From: a virus
Strand: one strand, 5' to 3'
Length of the DNA stretch: 64,000 nucleotides
IMG/VR virus record: IMGVR_UViG_3300047472_000102
Coordinates: 1-64,000 of that record
A program made the position numbers and the translations under genes. The notes under the pieces are model-generated. The model made no database searches and was not told the DNA's origin. It saw only the letters and a list, made by a program, of their open reading frames with translations. Position 1 is the first letter of the stretch. Every line of letters starts with the position of its first letter. Shown piece after piece: positions 11,392-20,689 of this stretch.

Positions 11392-12224
11392 TAGCTGAGA
11401 TCGTTATTAGCCTGAATATGTCCGAGGACAATTTGCAGATTATCATTGGTAAAGCTAGTAGGTGGAACAAGACCTTCATCAATGGTCTTCATAACCGTCC
11501 AAGCATCCGTATAGAGCTTAGCAGCCTTTACTTCTGCATCACGCTGATAAGACGTGATCTGCTGGTCATATAGGTCTTTCTGCTTGCCTACAGAGCCTTC
11601 TACAGTCGAACCATCAGTACGAGTATCCAAGGTCTGTGCACGAGCAGCTTCACCCTGTTCGGAGATAAGAATACCCTGCTTCACAGCATTATCATAGGTA
11701 ACAGATTCCTCTGCCAGTTTGATCTTGCTAGTAGCGTATTCGACTTCTGCCTGCCAAGCTTGGCTCTTTGCCACAGCGAGGCCCGCCAGAGCGGTTTTGA
11801 GACCAACACGAGCAGTTACAAGGTCTACTGCTGCTTTCTGTGCTTGAGCCTGTACAAGGGCAGATTGCCAAAATGCCTGATCCCTTTGCAGAAGAAATTG
11901 AATACCACCAGACATAGCTGTCTGAGTCATGCCAATATAGGCAGTGGTATAGTCATTGCCTGTAATTCGACCCTTGTCGAATTGGTCTGCAAGATGAGCA
12001 TTTAGGGCAGTCATAATGACATCGAAAGTGCCATTACCATTAATAATCTTCTGAGTGAGATCAGCATTGGTCAACTTAACAAGTGGACCATAGAGATCAC
12101 CAGTATCATCTGGTAACTCAAAAGATGGATCATCTAAATCGATATCTGGAAATGAGAAATCCTTCCCCTCAGTCAAGAGAGGAAGGAGTTCGTTTGCCAG
12201 ATCAGCTGCTGGGCTGTCAGACAT
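11391..12224 (-). CDS. N4 gp54-like structural (tail) protein
   Basis: GTFDVIM...GRITG and GSVGKQKDLYDQQITSYQRDAEVKAAK motifs; synteny. Confidence 0.75.
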   Translation of the reverse strand: MSDSPAADLANELLPLLTEGKDFSFPDIDLDDPSFELPDDTGDLYGPLVKLTNADLTQKIINGNGTFDVIMTALNAHLADQFDKGRITGNDYTTAYIGMTQTAMSGGIQFLLQRDQAFWQSALVQAQAQKAAVDLVTARVGLKTALAGLAVAKSQAWQAEVEYATSKIKLAEESVTYDNAVKQGILISEQGEAARAQTLDTRTDGSTVEGSVGKQKDLYDQQITSYQRDAEVKAAKLYTDAWTVMKTIDEGLVPPTSFTNDNLQIVLGHIQANNDLS

Positions 12225-12235
12225 GATTACTCCTG

Positions 12236-12961
12236 TTAATCAATGGAGCCAGCTGCAAGCTGTGCAGTAGCTAACTTTCTAATTTCAGCAGGCGTCAGAG
12301 GATCGAGTACTTCAAGAGCAAACTTGCGGACCTCGTTCATTTCCACATGTTCCTTACCACCTTTCTTGGTGGTTCGAATCTGAAGAAACTTCTGACCCTT
12401 CATGAACTTATAGATACAATACGGAACATGATAGCCATTTTCCGTAGCTTCACCAAATGGGACATACTTGGAAACAGTACCAAGGAACTCATTAGCTACA
12501 GTAAAGATGCCACCAGGAAGGTCTTTATCCTTTGGATCCATATTGGTGATACGAAGCCGTACAAGCTTCATATGCTCTTCCTTGAGCCTATGACGAATAG
12601 ACTGAGCAGCAGAATGCTTCTTCGCTTGAACCATAGGAATAACAACCTTTTGCTCCGGTTCAGCTTCACCATCGAGCTTTGCCTTGATAGCTGCACGAAT
12701 CTCTGCAACATCCTTGTCTTCAGTATTAATACCCATAATCTTAGCACGGGCTTGAAGCATGGAGAGTTCCGTTACCTGTTCAGGTTCAGGAGCTTCTTCC
12801 TCTTCCTCTGGTTCCTGTGCAGCAAGCTTTTCAGCTTCAGTCAGCTCTTCAGAGTCATCTTCAATATTAACAGAGGTATCCGAAGGATTTTCTTCATCCT
12901 TGGTTCCAGTAGTTCCGAGAGAGGCAAATAGGTTGTTGGTAGATACAGGCGTCTTGGCCAT
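12236..12961 (-). CDS. N4 gp55-like conserved protein
   Basis: LVRLRITNMDPKDKDLPGGIFTVAN...KYVPFG...GYHVP; immediately downstream of the capsid gene. Confidence 0.75.
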   Translation of the reverse strand: MAKTPVSTNNLFASLGTTGTKDEENPSDTSVNIEDDSEELTEAEKLAAQEPEEEEEAPEPEQVTELSMLQARAKIMGINTEDKDVAEIRAAIKAKLDGEAEPEQKVVIPMVQAKKHSAAQSIRHRLKEEHMKLVRLRITNMDPKDKDLPGGIFTVANEFLGTVSKYVPFGEATENGYHVPYCIYKFMKGQKFLQIRTTKKGGKEHVEMNEVRKFALEVLDPLTPAEIRKLATAQLAAGSID

Positions 12962-12993
12962 TTTTATATAGTCCTTTGATTAATGCATATAAT

Positions 12994-13020
12994 GAAAGGG
13001 GGAGCTTGGTAGCTCCCCCA
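12994..13020 (-). terminator. Terminator after the major capsid gene
   Basis: GGGGAGCT-ACCA-AGCTCCCC hairpin followed by CTTTCATT on the minus strand. Confidence 0.6.
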
Positions 13021-13028
13021 GTTAATCA

Positions 13029-14237
13029 TCAGATTGGAGCAACAGTCTTGATAACTGCGAGACGCTCTGCTCGCTTGATCAGGATACCGTAGTACCACTT
13101 GATCGAGGAGAAGCCCGTTTCACCATAAGGATCATTACGGTCAGCAGTATCGTTACCCGGCATCTTGGTCAGAACCGAGAACTTCAAAGTCTTACCATCA
13201 GTCTGGAAGCCAATGGTAGAGAACGAATCAGCACCAACCACGAGGATTGGGAAGATATCGTAGTGGTCAGTACCACCTACTACCGTAGACTGATAACCAG
13301 GGTTATCGGTAACAGCAGCACCTGCACCTGCCCAATGCAGCATTTCCGGTACTTCGATGAAGCGGAACGGACCAACCGAACCAATTTCACCGTTAAGGAT
13401 CGTACCAGCATCAGCATAGTGCTGAATGGCGATAAAGGCAGGATTACCAAAGAGATCGGTCATGCCACGGATAACGATCGAGAGATCGGAACCAATGTAA
13501 GCAATACGACCACCCTGAACAACCTTGGTATCGATAAGACGAGAACCAGTGATAACACGGGTCTGCTTAGGGGTACGGTTGTCGTTCAGGATTTTATCCA
13601 GACGCATCAGGTTCTTGTAGGTGACGATAGAAGCAGGAACATCACCAGCTACTTCACCCGTAACATCGTCGTCTTCAACGGCAGCACCAGCATAAAGCAC
13701 AGTACCAGCAGAGTTGAGAAGATCGATCTGAAGGGCTGCTTCAGTCAGCTGTACAGCACCATTCATAAGTTCGGTGGACAGATGCTTCATCAGACCATCG
13801 TCAGAATCGAAGTCCAGAGACTCTTGCGTAAATTCTGTGAAGAAACCGAACTTGGCAATAGAGCCTTCACGCATCAGACGAGTGAAACCGACACGGTTAA
13901 CACGACCACCATTTTCCGTCAGAGCAGGAAGCTTGCCGGTAATAGTACCCACGTCACGGCTCGAACCATAGAGATTACCATTAGCAATGGTAACGCCATT
14001 AGCATCAATACCCTGATCGTTGATGTTACGATCATCCAAAAGTGGTACGTACTCATAGACCTTGATGGTCTTGCCATAGTGCTTAGGCATATTAACAGCC
14101 GTAGCAAGAGGCATGAAATACTGTTCCTTACGGGCAGTGATGATAGCTGCCTTCAGGTACAGGTAAGTATTCATTTGCGAAGAGCCATCACCGTCAATAG
14201 ACGAAGCAACAGCGTTCGGAGCATTATAGTTCAACAT
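13029..14237 (-). CDS. Major capsid protein (N4 gp56 family)
   Basis: 402 aa; [41 protein letters not shown] and [16 protein letters not shown] are diagnostic of the N4 MCP. Confidence 0.95.
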   Translation of the reverse strand: MLNYNAPNAVASSIDGDGSSQMNTYLYLKAAIITARKEQYFMPLATAVNMPKHYGKTIKVYEYVPLLDDRNINDQGIDANGVTIANGNLYGSSRDVGTITGKLPALTENGGRVNRVGFTRLMREGSIAKFGFFTEFTQESLDFDSDDGLMKHLSTELMNGAVQLTEAALQIDLLNSAGTVLYAGAAVEDDDVTGEVAGDVPASIVTYKNLMRLDKILNDNRTPKQTRVITGSRLIDTKVVQGGRIAYIGSDLSIVIRGMTDLFGNPAFIAIQHYADAGTILNGEIGSVGPFRFIEVPEMLHWAGAGAAVTDNPGYQSTVVGGTDHYDIFPILVVGADSFSTIGFQTDGKTLKFSVLTKMPGNDTADRNDPYGETGFSSIKWYYGILIKRAERLAVIKTVAPI

Positions 14238-14269
14238 GGCTTAAATGGTCTCCATATTAGTGGGTATAA

Positions 14270-15499
14270 TTACCCAACAAAATTGCCATACTGTTTAGCG
14301 AAATCCTCGTCAGACATAGCCAGTGGATTAATCACTGGGGCAGTCTTCTTAGGCGTTGTTTTCGTTGCAGCAGCAGCTTTTGCTTTGTCGTTGTTGGAGA
14401 CAACTGGCTTAGGAGCAGCAACCTTAGTATCGATAATCTGGGGTTCCTGTTTAACAGGGACTTGCCGAGTTTTCTCAATAAGGTCTGCAAAGCCATTGGT
14501 GCTCTGAATATGATCACCGACTTGCTTATATGCCTGCAAAAATGGGGTGCTATGAGGAAGATTACCCAATGCCTTCTGACGGTCCATTTCGGAAACAATA
14601 CGGTCATAGACGCCCGATTGCTTCTGTTGATGGATGACGTCCAAAAGATTTGGATCATTCATCAAAGCACCATGACTAGGTGCATCCCAGTTATTGGCCA
14701 TTTCGTTAAGAAGTTCTGGACCACCATCACGATGTTTAAGGTTATCCAGAGCCTCCTGAAACACGACTTGTTGGTCAGTTACTGGAGTAATATTTGTGTG
14801 GTAATTTACTTGCTCTTCACTTTGAAAGTCAAGAGGGTCAATTCCACTGTCTTTTACAAGCTTCTTAATAGCATCTGGGTTTTTATTCTTAAGGTCTATA
14901 AGAAATGCTAGTTCTGCTTGATCTGCATTCAGCAGATTATTCTGTTCCATGAATCGGAGAGTCTTTAGATGAGGCTGAATATCCTGCATCTTGCGGCCAA
15001 AACCCGCACCCATTTGCATAAGACGAAGAACGTCTTCTGGTCCCTTGATTTCAATGGTTTTTCCATTGGCTTTCAGGGGAGCAGTGATTTGCTCGTAAAG
15101 TGCCTTATAATCTGGCTCCTTAGGAGTCTCTTCTGCATCGGTTTTCTCTTTACCGGATGCATCGTTATCAATGAGTGCATCCTTGGATTTATCTCCAGTA
15201 TCACCTTCTTTTTTCCCAGCTTCCTCAGCAGCCTTAATGACTTCATCATCAGGCTTTTCTTCGGATTTCTTGCTGGCTTCTGGATGGGAAGAATCTACGG
15301 ACTTTTCATCGATGACCTCAGATTTCGTATCGCCTTCATTAGGCGTTACAACCACCTCGGCTGGCGTTTCTTCCTGCTTAACCTGTGATTCTTCAACTAC
15401 TTGGGCTTCCTCTTTGGGAAGCCCTGTAGCTGCTTCAGGTAGAGCAAGAAACTCCTCATCGGACATTTCAAGGTAATTTTTCTTGTTCTCGCCTGTCAT
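14270..15499 (-). CDS. N4 gp57-like protein (scaffold; often annotated tape measure)
   Basis: Acidic N-terminus; APLKANGKTIE...LMQMGA; MSDEEF/MSDEDF at both ends; synteny. Confidence 0.75.
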   Translation of the reverse strand: MTGENKKNYLEMSDEEFLALPEAATGLPKEEAQVVEESQVKQEETPAEVVVTPNEGDTKSEVIDEKSVDSSHPEASKKSEEKPDDEVIKAAEEAGKKEGDTGDKSKDALIDNDASGKEKTDAEETPKEPDYKALYEQITAPLKANGKTIEIKGPEDVLRLMQMGAGFGRKMQDIQPHLKTLRFMEQNNLLNADQAELAFLIDLKNKNPDAIKKLVKDSGIDPLDFQSEEQVNYHTNITPVTDQQVVFQEALDNLKHRDGGPELLNEMANNWDAPSHGALMNDPNLLDVIHQQKQSGVYDRIVSEMDRQKALGNLPHSTPFLQAYKQVGDHIQSTNGFADLIEKTRQVPVKQEPQIIDTKVAAPKPVVSNNDKAKAAAATKTTPKKTAPVINPLAMSDEDFAKQYGNFVG

Positions 15500-15505
15500 G
15501 ATGGA

Positions 15506-15871
15506 TTAGTCCTCTTCACCAGTTTCGCCATTGGCAATAGCAATACGGAGTTCTTCCACAGTGCTATCCATTTCACCAAGACGATCCCGGAGCGTATCAG
15601 CAACCGTCTGAGTGACTTGTAGCCACTGCTTCAGGTGGCCTGTGGCCTGAGCCATAGAGAGAGAATCCTTACGCTGAGATTCATTCAGTGCAGGTGATAC
15701 TGACTGTTGAACCAAGCGAGCAGCTTCCTGAACGATATACTCTTCCATAATTACTGCACGGAAGTCTGGATTTTCCAGAAGACGAGTAACTCGTTCTGCA
15801 AATGCAATACGCTTCTTGGAAGCATCAATATCTCTTTCAAGTGCTTCCAGTTCTAATTCATATGGAGTCAT
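15506..15871 (-). CDS. N4 gp58-like small protein
   Basis: RLLENPDFRAVIMEEY; lies between portal and gp57. Confidence 0.7.
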   Translation of the reverse strand: MTPYELELEALERDIDASKKRIAFAERVTRLLENPDFRAVIMEEYIVQEAARLVQQSVSPALNESQRKDSLSMAQATGHLKQWLQVTQTVADTLRDRLGEMDSTVEELRIAIANGETGEED

Positions 15872-15940
15872 TAGGGGTTACTTCCTTTTGTTACTTTTAA
15901 TTATTGGCAATACTTAACTTTAGTAACCAAACCCGTCAAC

Positions 15941-18205
15941 CTAGAAATTTTGCTGACGGGTAAAGGCACTAGCTGGCAAAGGTGCAGCAGGACGATTATT
16001 AGCACTATTCAGTTGTTTACTGATTGCATTATATCCTACAGCACCTTCAACATCTGGCTTGGACTCTTGTCCATTGGCTTGCTTACGAGGTTTGAGAAGA
16101 GCCTTGGTAACTTCCAGATGCTGATTTGCTTCAGCCTGACCACCCATGAGTTCCATATCTCTGGCGTGCTTGGTTCCAGTCTCTTGTTCGACTGTATCCA
16201 GGTTATTCTGGTCAGCTTGTGTGCGGCTCTCAGCCGCCTTGGCAATATTAAGAGCTTGTTTGGTTTGAAGCTCTTTGATCTGTTCCTGAACCATCTGAAC
16301 CTGTAGCTGCTTAAGTGCTTGATCCAATGGATCAGGCTGAGGCTGGAAGTTCTTAAGGGTATGAGCCAAATCAGGCATACGCATAAGCTTAGCAATCTGA
16401 ACCAAGATTATCTGTACTAATTCCCAACCTGCATTAGGTCCAATAGTCTGAAGCATGAATGCAAGGTCTTGGCTCTTTTTGTTATCTACTTCAGCAGTAG
16501 AGATATCAACAATCAGGTCAAAATTACCTGCAAGATCTTCACGGTTAACTGTGACGAATTCTTCATTAGTGACTCTAACCACTTCCTGTTCAGACAGAAA
16601 TGCACCATTCATGGCGATGATCTTGTCACCGATTTTCTTCACACCATTAGCCAGACGACGAAGAATACCCATTTCACGCTTGCTAGTGGCATCGAGAACA
16701 CCTCGGATACCTGCTGCTACGTCACCATAGGCTTCACCAGAGACACCACCTGAGAAGGCTTTAACGCCTGAAAGGGACTCTGCATCATTGTTCATAGCCT
16801 GAACCATGAGCATAGAAGTCTGAGGAATTTCAGGGAATTTATGTTCCACTAATCCAATCTGAGGATTGGTTGTTGGATTGAATTCATAGTCCAATCCCTG
16901 GTCAAACTTCCTACGATTCACCGCATCAAGCATCCCCTTGGCAATGCCCTGTTGGGCATTTGCAGATCGACCAAGCAAGTCGATCATACCACGGGTAATA
17001 GCACCAATAACTTGTTGATTATCACTGATAATCGCTGCATCTGGTTCACCAAAGAGGTCTCTCTTCTCTGGCATATAGTTTTCGATTATAAATGGTAATT
17101 TACCGTCAGGGAATGGATTCTCTTCCATTCGAACAATAGTGTCATTAACCCATGTAGCAACAATGGGGACAAGCTCACCTGTGCCATGGATATCTGAGAA
17201 ACCCCAATACTCATAAGCAACTACACGCTTACGAAGGATATCAGAGAAATTGAAGTCATTGGGAGTCTTGGTGGCATGATCAGGATTGGTAATAGGAGCA
17301 GCTGCTTCCCAGTTAACATTATCCAAATTCTTGTATCTATCTGGCTCCTTCAACATGTCAGCTTTGCTGGTCTCAAATGAGATCACAACAAAGTTGGCCT
17401 TATCCAGATCACCTTCACAAGATGGGTCTGGATAGAAGTTATCAGGATGAATCATGGAAACCGTAGGACGGTTATCCAGTACCTTTTCAACAGGAACCTG
17501 TTGAGTACCAGTCTGAACTGCAATGACTACCTGCTGATTCTGTTCATAGTAATTAACAGATTCCTTTACATCATCAGGTACATTCTTTTCATAGTCAGCT
17601 GGAGACTGATGCTTAGCTTGTAAGGCATCCTGGATCATTTTAACCTGATCCGCATCCTGTGGAGCCATATAGGCCCATACAGGAGCATCCTGCATCTCGA
17701 TCTTAGTGTAACGACACCAGCCAAGACGAACGATTACAGAGCCTTCATCGACAGCTGTACGTATATAATCATCAATAAACTTGACTCGTGGAATCTTGGT
17801 ACGCCACTGCCAATTAAGGACTAATTCGTTTTGTTCAGCAGCATCACGATCTTCCCACGTAGCAGGAGATACCTGAAAGAGCTTATCCGAACCAAGGAAA
17901 GGCTCTGAGAGAGCCGCATAACGCCATTCAGCTTGTCTACGAACAAGTTTAGGAGTTACTTGAGAACGTCCTTTGACAGACTTAGCTTTATATTTTCCAC
18001 GTACATTACGAGCATCATTCCAGTCTTGTACTCGAATGGATCGTAAATCATGGGCAGGCTTGGCAGCTGCAAGGTCTTCCTTTAGAGACTGAACTGTAGG
18101 CTCATTCTCCCAATCTGTAAGCTTGCTGGTTCCATCAACCTGCTTAGCTCGCTGTTCGTCTAGGTCAAATTGATCATCAGCAACTTCAGCCATTATGGTC
18201 CTCAA
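15941..18205 (-). CDS. Portal protein (N4 gp59-like)
   Basis: LTDWENEP, GRSQVTPKLVRRQAEWRYAALSEPFL and VAYEYWG motifs; the true start may be the Met at 18193. Confidence 0.92.
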   Translation of the reverse strand: MRTIMAEVADDQFDLDEQRAKQVDGTSKLTDWENEPTVQSLKEDLAAAKPAHDLRSIRVQDWNDARNVRGKYKAKSVKGRSQVTPKLVRRQAEWRYAALSEPFLGSDKLFQVSPATWEDRDAAEQNELVLNWQWRTKIPRVKFIDDYIRTAVDEGSVIVRLGWCRYTKIEMQDAPVWAYMAPQDADQVKMIQDALQAKHQSPADYEKNVPDDVKESVNYYEQNQQVVIAVQTGTQQVPVEKVLDNRPTVSMIHPDNFYPDPSCEGDLDKANFVVISFETSKADMLKEPDRYKNLDNVNWEAAAPITNPDHATKTPNDFNFSDILRKRVVAYEYWGFSDIHGTGELVPIVATWVNDTIVRMEENPFPDGKLPFIIENYMPEKRDLFGEPDAAIISDNQQVIGAITRGMIDLLGRSANAQQGIAKGMLDAVNRRKFDQGLDYEFNPTTNPQIGLVEHKFPEIPQTSMLMVQAMNNDAESLSGVKAFSGGVSGEAYGDVAAGIRGVLDATSKREMGILRRLANGVKKIGDKIIAMNGAFLSEQEVVRVTNEEFVTVNREDLAGNFDLIVDISTAEVDNKKSQDLAFMLQTIGPNAGWELVQIILVQIAKLMRMPDLAHTLKNFQPQPDPLDQALKQLQVQMVQEQIKELQTKQALNIAKAAESRTQADQNNLDTVEQETGTKHARDMELMGGQAEANQHLEVTKALLKPRKQANGQESKPDVEGAVGYNAISKQLNSANNRPAAPLPASAFTRQQNF

Positions 18206-18246
18206 TAGGGTTTTTTGAGTAATTTACTCTCAATAAAGGAAATACA

Positions 18247-19086
18247 ATGAACCAGACAGATAAACAATACCTCGAAGTTCTGGAAGAGCTTCTTGGCTCA
18301 GAAGAACATGTAGAAGGCCGTAATGGTGGAGTTACTACACTCTTCGGCAAGCAACTTGTATTTGAGGATGTTGGAACTTCATTTCCACTTCTTACCACGA
18401 AGAAGGTTCACTTCAAATCTATCCTTGTTGAACTTCTATGGTTCATTAAAGGCATGACCAACATCGATTATCTTCATAAATATGATGTGACGATCTGGGA
18501 TGAATGGGCAGATGAGAATAGTGAGCTTGGTCCAGTCTACGGCAAACAGTGGCGCAAGTGGAAGACCTTCGCTGGGATTGAAATGGGCAATAAGCCTTAT
18601 TTTCAATACATCGACCAAATTCAGAATGTAATAAAATCACTTAAAGAACAGCCATATGGTCGCCGTCATATTGTCTCGGCATGGAACCCAGCTGAAGTAG
18701 ATCAGATGGCACTTCCTCCTTGCCATGTACTATTCCAATTTCATGTACGCAAAACAGGTGAACTGGATGTTCAACTTTATCAGAGGTCTGCTGATTGGTT
18801 CCTTGGTGTGCCTTTCAATATTGCTTCCTATGCTCTGCTACTCATATTGGTGGCTAGGGAGGTTGGAAGAGTCCCTGGTAAGCTGGTGCATACTTTTGGT
18901 AACTATCATCTATATGATAATCACCGGGAACAGGCTGTAGAGCAACTGGATCGCTATCCTTATGGATTACCAAGAGTAATCATTAATGCTGAACCAGAGA
19001 AGAGCATCTTCGATCTTGAACCTGAAGATATCGAATTGATTGGATACCGTTCTTGGGCTGGTATTAAGGCTCAAGTATCAAAATGA
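18247..19086 (+). CDS. thyA: Thymidylate synthase ThyA
   Basis: FPLLTTKK, ELLWFI, LGPVYGKQWR, MALPPCH, LYQRSADWFLGVPFN and HLYDNH motifs. Confidence 0.96.
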   Translation: MNQTDKQYLEVLEELLGSEEHVEGRNGGVTTLFGKQLVFEDVGTSFPLLTTKKVHFKSILVELLWFIKGMTNIDYLHKYDVTIWDEWADENSELGPVYGKQWRKWKTFAGIEMGNKPYFQYIDQIQNVIKSLKEQPYGRRHIVSAWNPAEVDQMALPPCHVLFQFHVRKTGELDVQLYQRSADWFLGVPFNIASYALLLILVAREVGRVPGKLVHTFGNYHLYDNHREQAVEQLDRYPYGLPRVIINAEPEKSIFDLEPEDIELIGYRSWAGIKAQVSK

Positions 19087-19087
19087 T

Positions 19088-19110
19088 TAGAGGGGCTATT
19101 AGCCCCTCTT
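19088..19110. terminator. Bidirectional terminator between convergent thyA and spanin genes
   Basis: AGAGGGGCT-ATT-AGCCCCTCT inverted repeat. Confidence 0.6.
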
Positions 19111-19312
19111 ACCAACACCCATAATTCTTACCGTCTGTCTGAACTTGTCCGAACCAAGTAAGAAAAGGCTTATCCTTGAAAATAGCAGTCTTTGTAGGAC
19201 TAGCCATTTCAGGAGGTTTACGGAGTACGTTACATGCACTCCCCTTTGTTTGACAGCTTGCCATGGAGAACATCACGGCAAAACTGAAGATCATTGAAGC
19301 TATTAACTTCAT
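19109..19312 (-). CDS. Outer-membrane spanin (Rz1-like lipoprotein)
   Basis: Hydrophobic signal with lipobox MASC; overlaps the i-spanin; downstream of the endolysin. Confidence 0.7.
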   Translation of the reverse strand: MKLIASMIFSFAVMFSMASCQTKGSACNVLRKPPEMASPTKTAIFKDKPFLTWFGQVQTDGKNYGCW

Positions 19313-19496
19313 TGGTAGTTTTCTCCTTCTGGATCAACTGTTTCTGATCTTGAGCATCCTGCTCGACATGAACAGTATGACGACCATAGAAGAAGGTACC
19401 CCCAAGAATGAGGGCACCAATGATTATACCTCCTAATGCTACCCAGAGAGTCTTATTCTCCGGGAGCAATGAGGTCAGTAGAGACAGCGGGAACAT
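19230..19496 (-). CDS. Inner-membrane spanin (Rz-like)
   Basis: N-terminal TM (WVALGGIIIGALILGGTFFY), then a polar helical tail with Cys; start moved to MFPLS. Confidence 0.65.
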   Translation of the reverse strand: MFPLSLLTSLLPENKTLWVALGGIIIGALILGGTFFYGRHTVHVEQDAQDQKQLIQKEKTTNEVNSFNDLQFCRDVLHGKLSNKGECM

Positions 19497-20601
19497 AGGT
19501 ATCCTCACTCTTGGTTCCGTAATGAGTCTTCTTCGACTTCCAGTAGCCATAACCAGCATAGGCTACACCACCGATAATACCCAGTAATGCCAAGGCACCT
19601 AAGCCATACTGGGCATAGGTAACGACATCACTGAACATCGAGTAAGGTCCAAGCTGGTCCACGACGCTCTGTAGAGGCTTCTTAACGGTCTCCAGAGCGA
19701 CAGGAACACTTACAGCAGTAGTCAGACCCTGCTTGACCTCAGAAACGTTCATAAGAGGCTGTATGGTTGTTTCTGTGGGGTTTACTTCACGTACACCCGC
19801 CAGTGCCTGCTGAGTCTCTGGACCAACCACGCCATCAACAGTAATGCCATTACGCTGCTGGAAGGCACGTACGGCCTGCTGAGTAGTCTTACCGAAGTCA
19901 CCATCCACATTAATGGTAAAGCCAGCAGTGTTCAGAAGCTTCTGGATATCCCTTACAGCTGCACCCTTTGAACCAATACGAAGAGAATTAGCTCTCGTTG
20001 GATCAATAGAGGTTGTACCACCATTTTCCACATAAGCCTTTGCAAGCTTATTGGCATAGTCGTTCTTGATGTAGTTAGGCCCATTATAGCCACGAGCAAA
20101 ACCAGACCAATCCAGGTTACGAAGCTCATCATCCAAGCCAAATAGCTTGATAAATTTGGTCATTAGTCGAACCTGACCAATAAGACCCATTCGAGCATCA
20201 TTAACGAGGTCCATTACTGAAGCATATCCAAGCTTCTTGTAATGAGCACCCATGACCTGTCCTACACCATAGGAACAAGCCTGATAGGCAGCATCCTTGT
20301 CGTACTGGGCAGCTTTGCGAACCAAAGCCCAAACATCTACTTGATCGCTAGGATTTTTAACTTTTCCGGCGATTGGACTAGATACACCAGCTTTACGGGC
20401 TGCGTCCCGTACGGATGGATTACACAACTTGTCAAAATAATGGCCTTCATAGCGAATCAGTGGCTCCAGCTTACCAGCAATAATCTTGCCGGGAACACCA
20501 TTAGATTCTGTTTCGATTACTGCAAGTAAAGTAGGAAGCTGTACTTGAATGGAATCAGATAGGGTTTGAATCTGTTGTTTATCTTGGTCAGAGAATTTCA
20601 T
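19453..20601 (-). CDS. Endolysin: N-acetylmuramidase (DUF3380-type) + peptidoglycan-binding domain + C-terminal TM
   Basis: AVIETESNG, IRYEGHYF, SYGVGQVMGAHY, FARGYNGP; PG_binding_1 motifs VDGDFGKTT..AVRAFQ..GITVDGVVGPET. Confidence 0.9.
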   Translation of the reverse strand: MKFSDQDKQQIQTLSDSIQVQLPTLLAVIETESNGVPGKIIAGKLEPLIRYEGHYFDKLCNPSVRDAARKAGVSSPIAGKVKNPSDQVDVWALVRKAAQYDKDAAYQACSYGVGQVMGAHYKKLGYASVMDLVNDARMGLIGQVRLMTKFIKLFGLDDELRNLDWSGFARGYNGPNYIKNDYANKLAKAYVENGGTTSIDPTRANSLRIGSKGAAVRDIQKLLNTAGFTINVDGDFGKTTQQAVRAFQQRNGITVDGVVGPETQQALAGVREVNPTETTIQPLMNVSEVKQGLTTAVSVPVALETVKKPLQSVVDQLGPYSMFSDVVTYAQYGLGALALLGIIGGVAYAGYGYWKSKKTHYGTKSEDTYVPAVSTDLIAPGE

Positions 20602-20617
20602 GAGTATTAATACTCCA

Positions 20618-20647
20618 AATAAAAATGGGGGCTAATTGCCCCCATTA
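20618..20647 (-). terminator. Terminator after tailspike 2
   Basis: AATGGGG...CCCCATT hairpin followed by a T-run on the minus strand. Confidence 0.55.
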
Positions 20648-20689
20648 CTTACCATACCCATATAGCTTAGCAAGACTAAGCTGCCTGGG

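Noticed and set aside
13263-14507. 414-aa plus-strand ORF, and similar long antisense ORFs (7300-8238, 4342-4998, 21005-21763, 12347-12931)
   Set aside because: Shadow frames opposite well-supported genes; no recognisable motifs or RBS.
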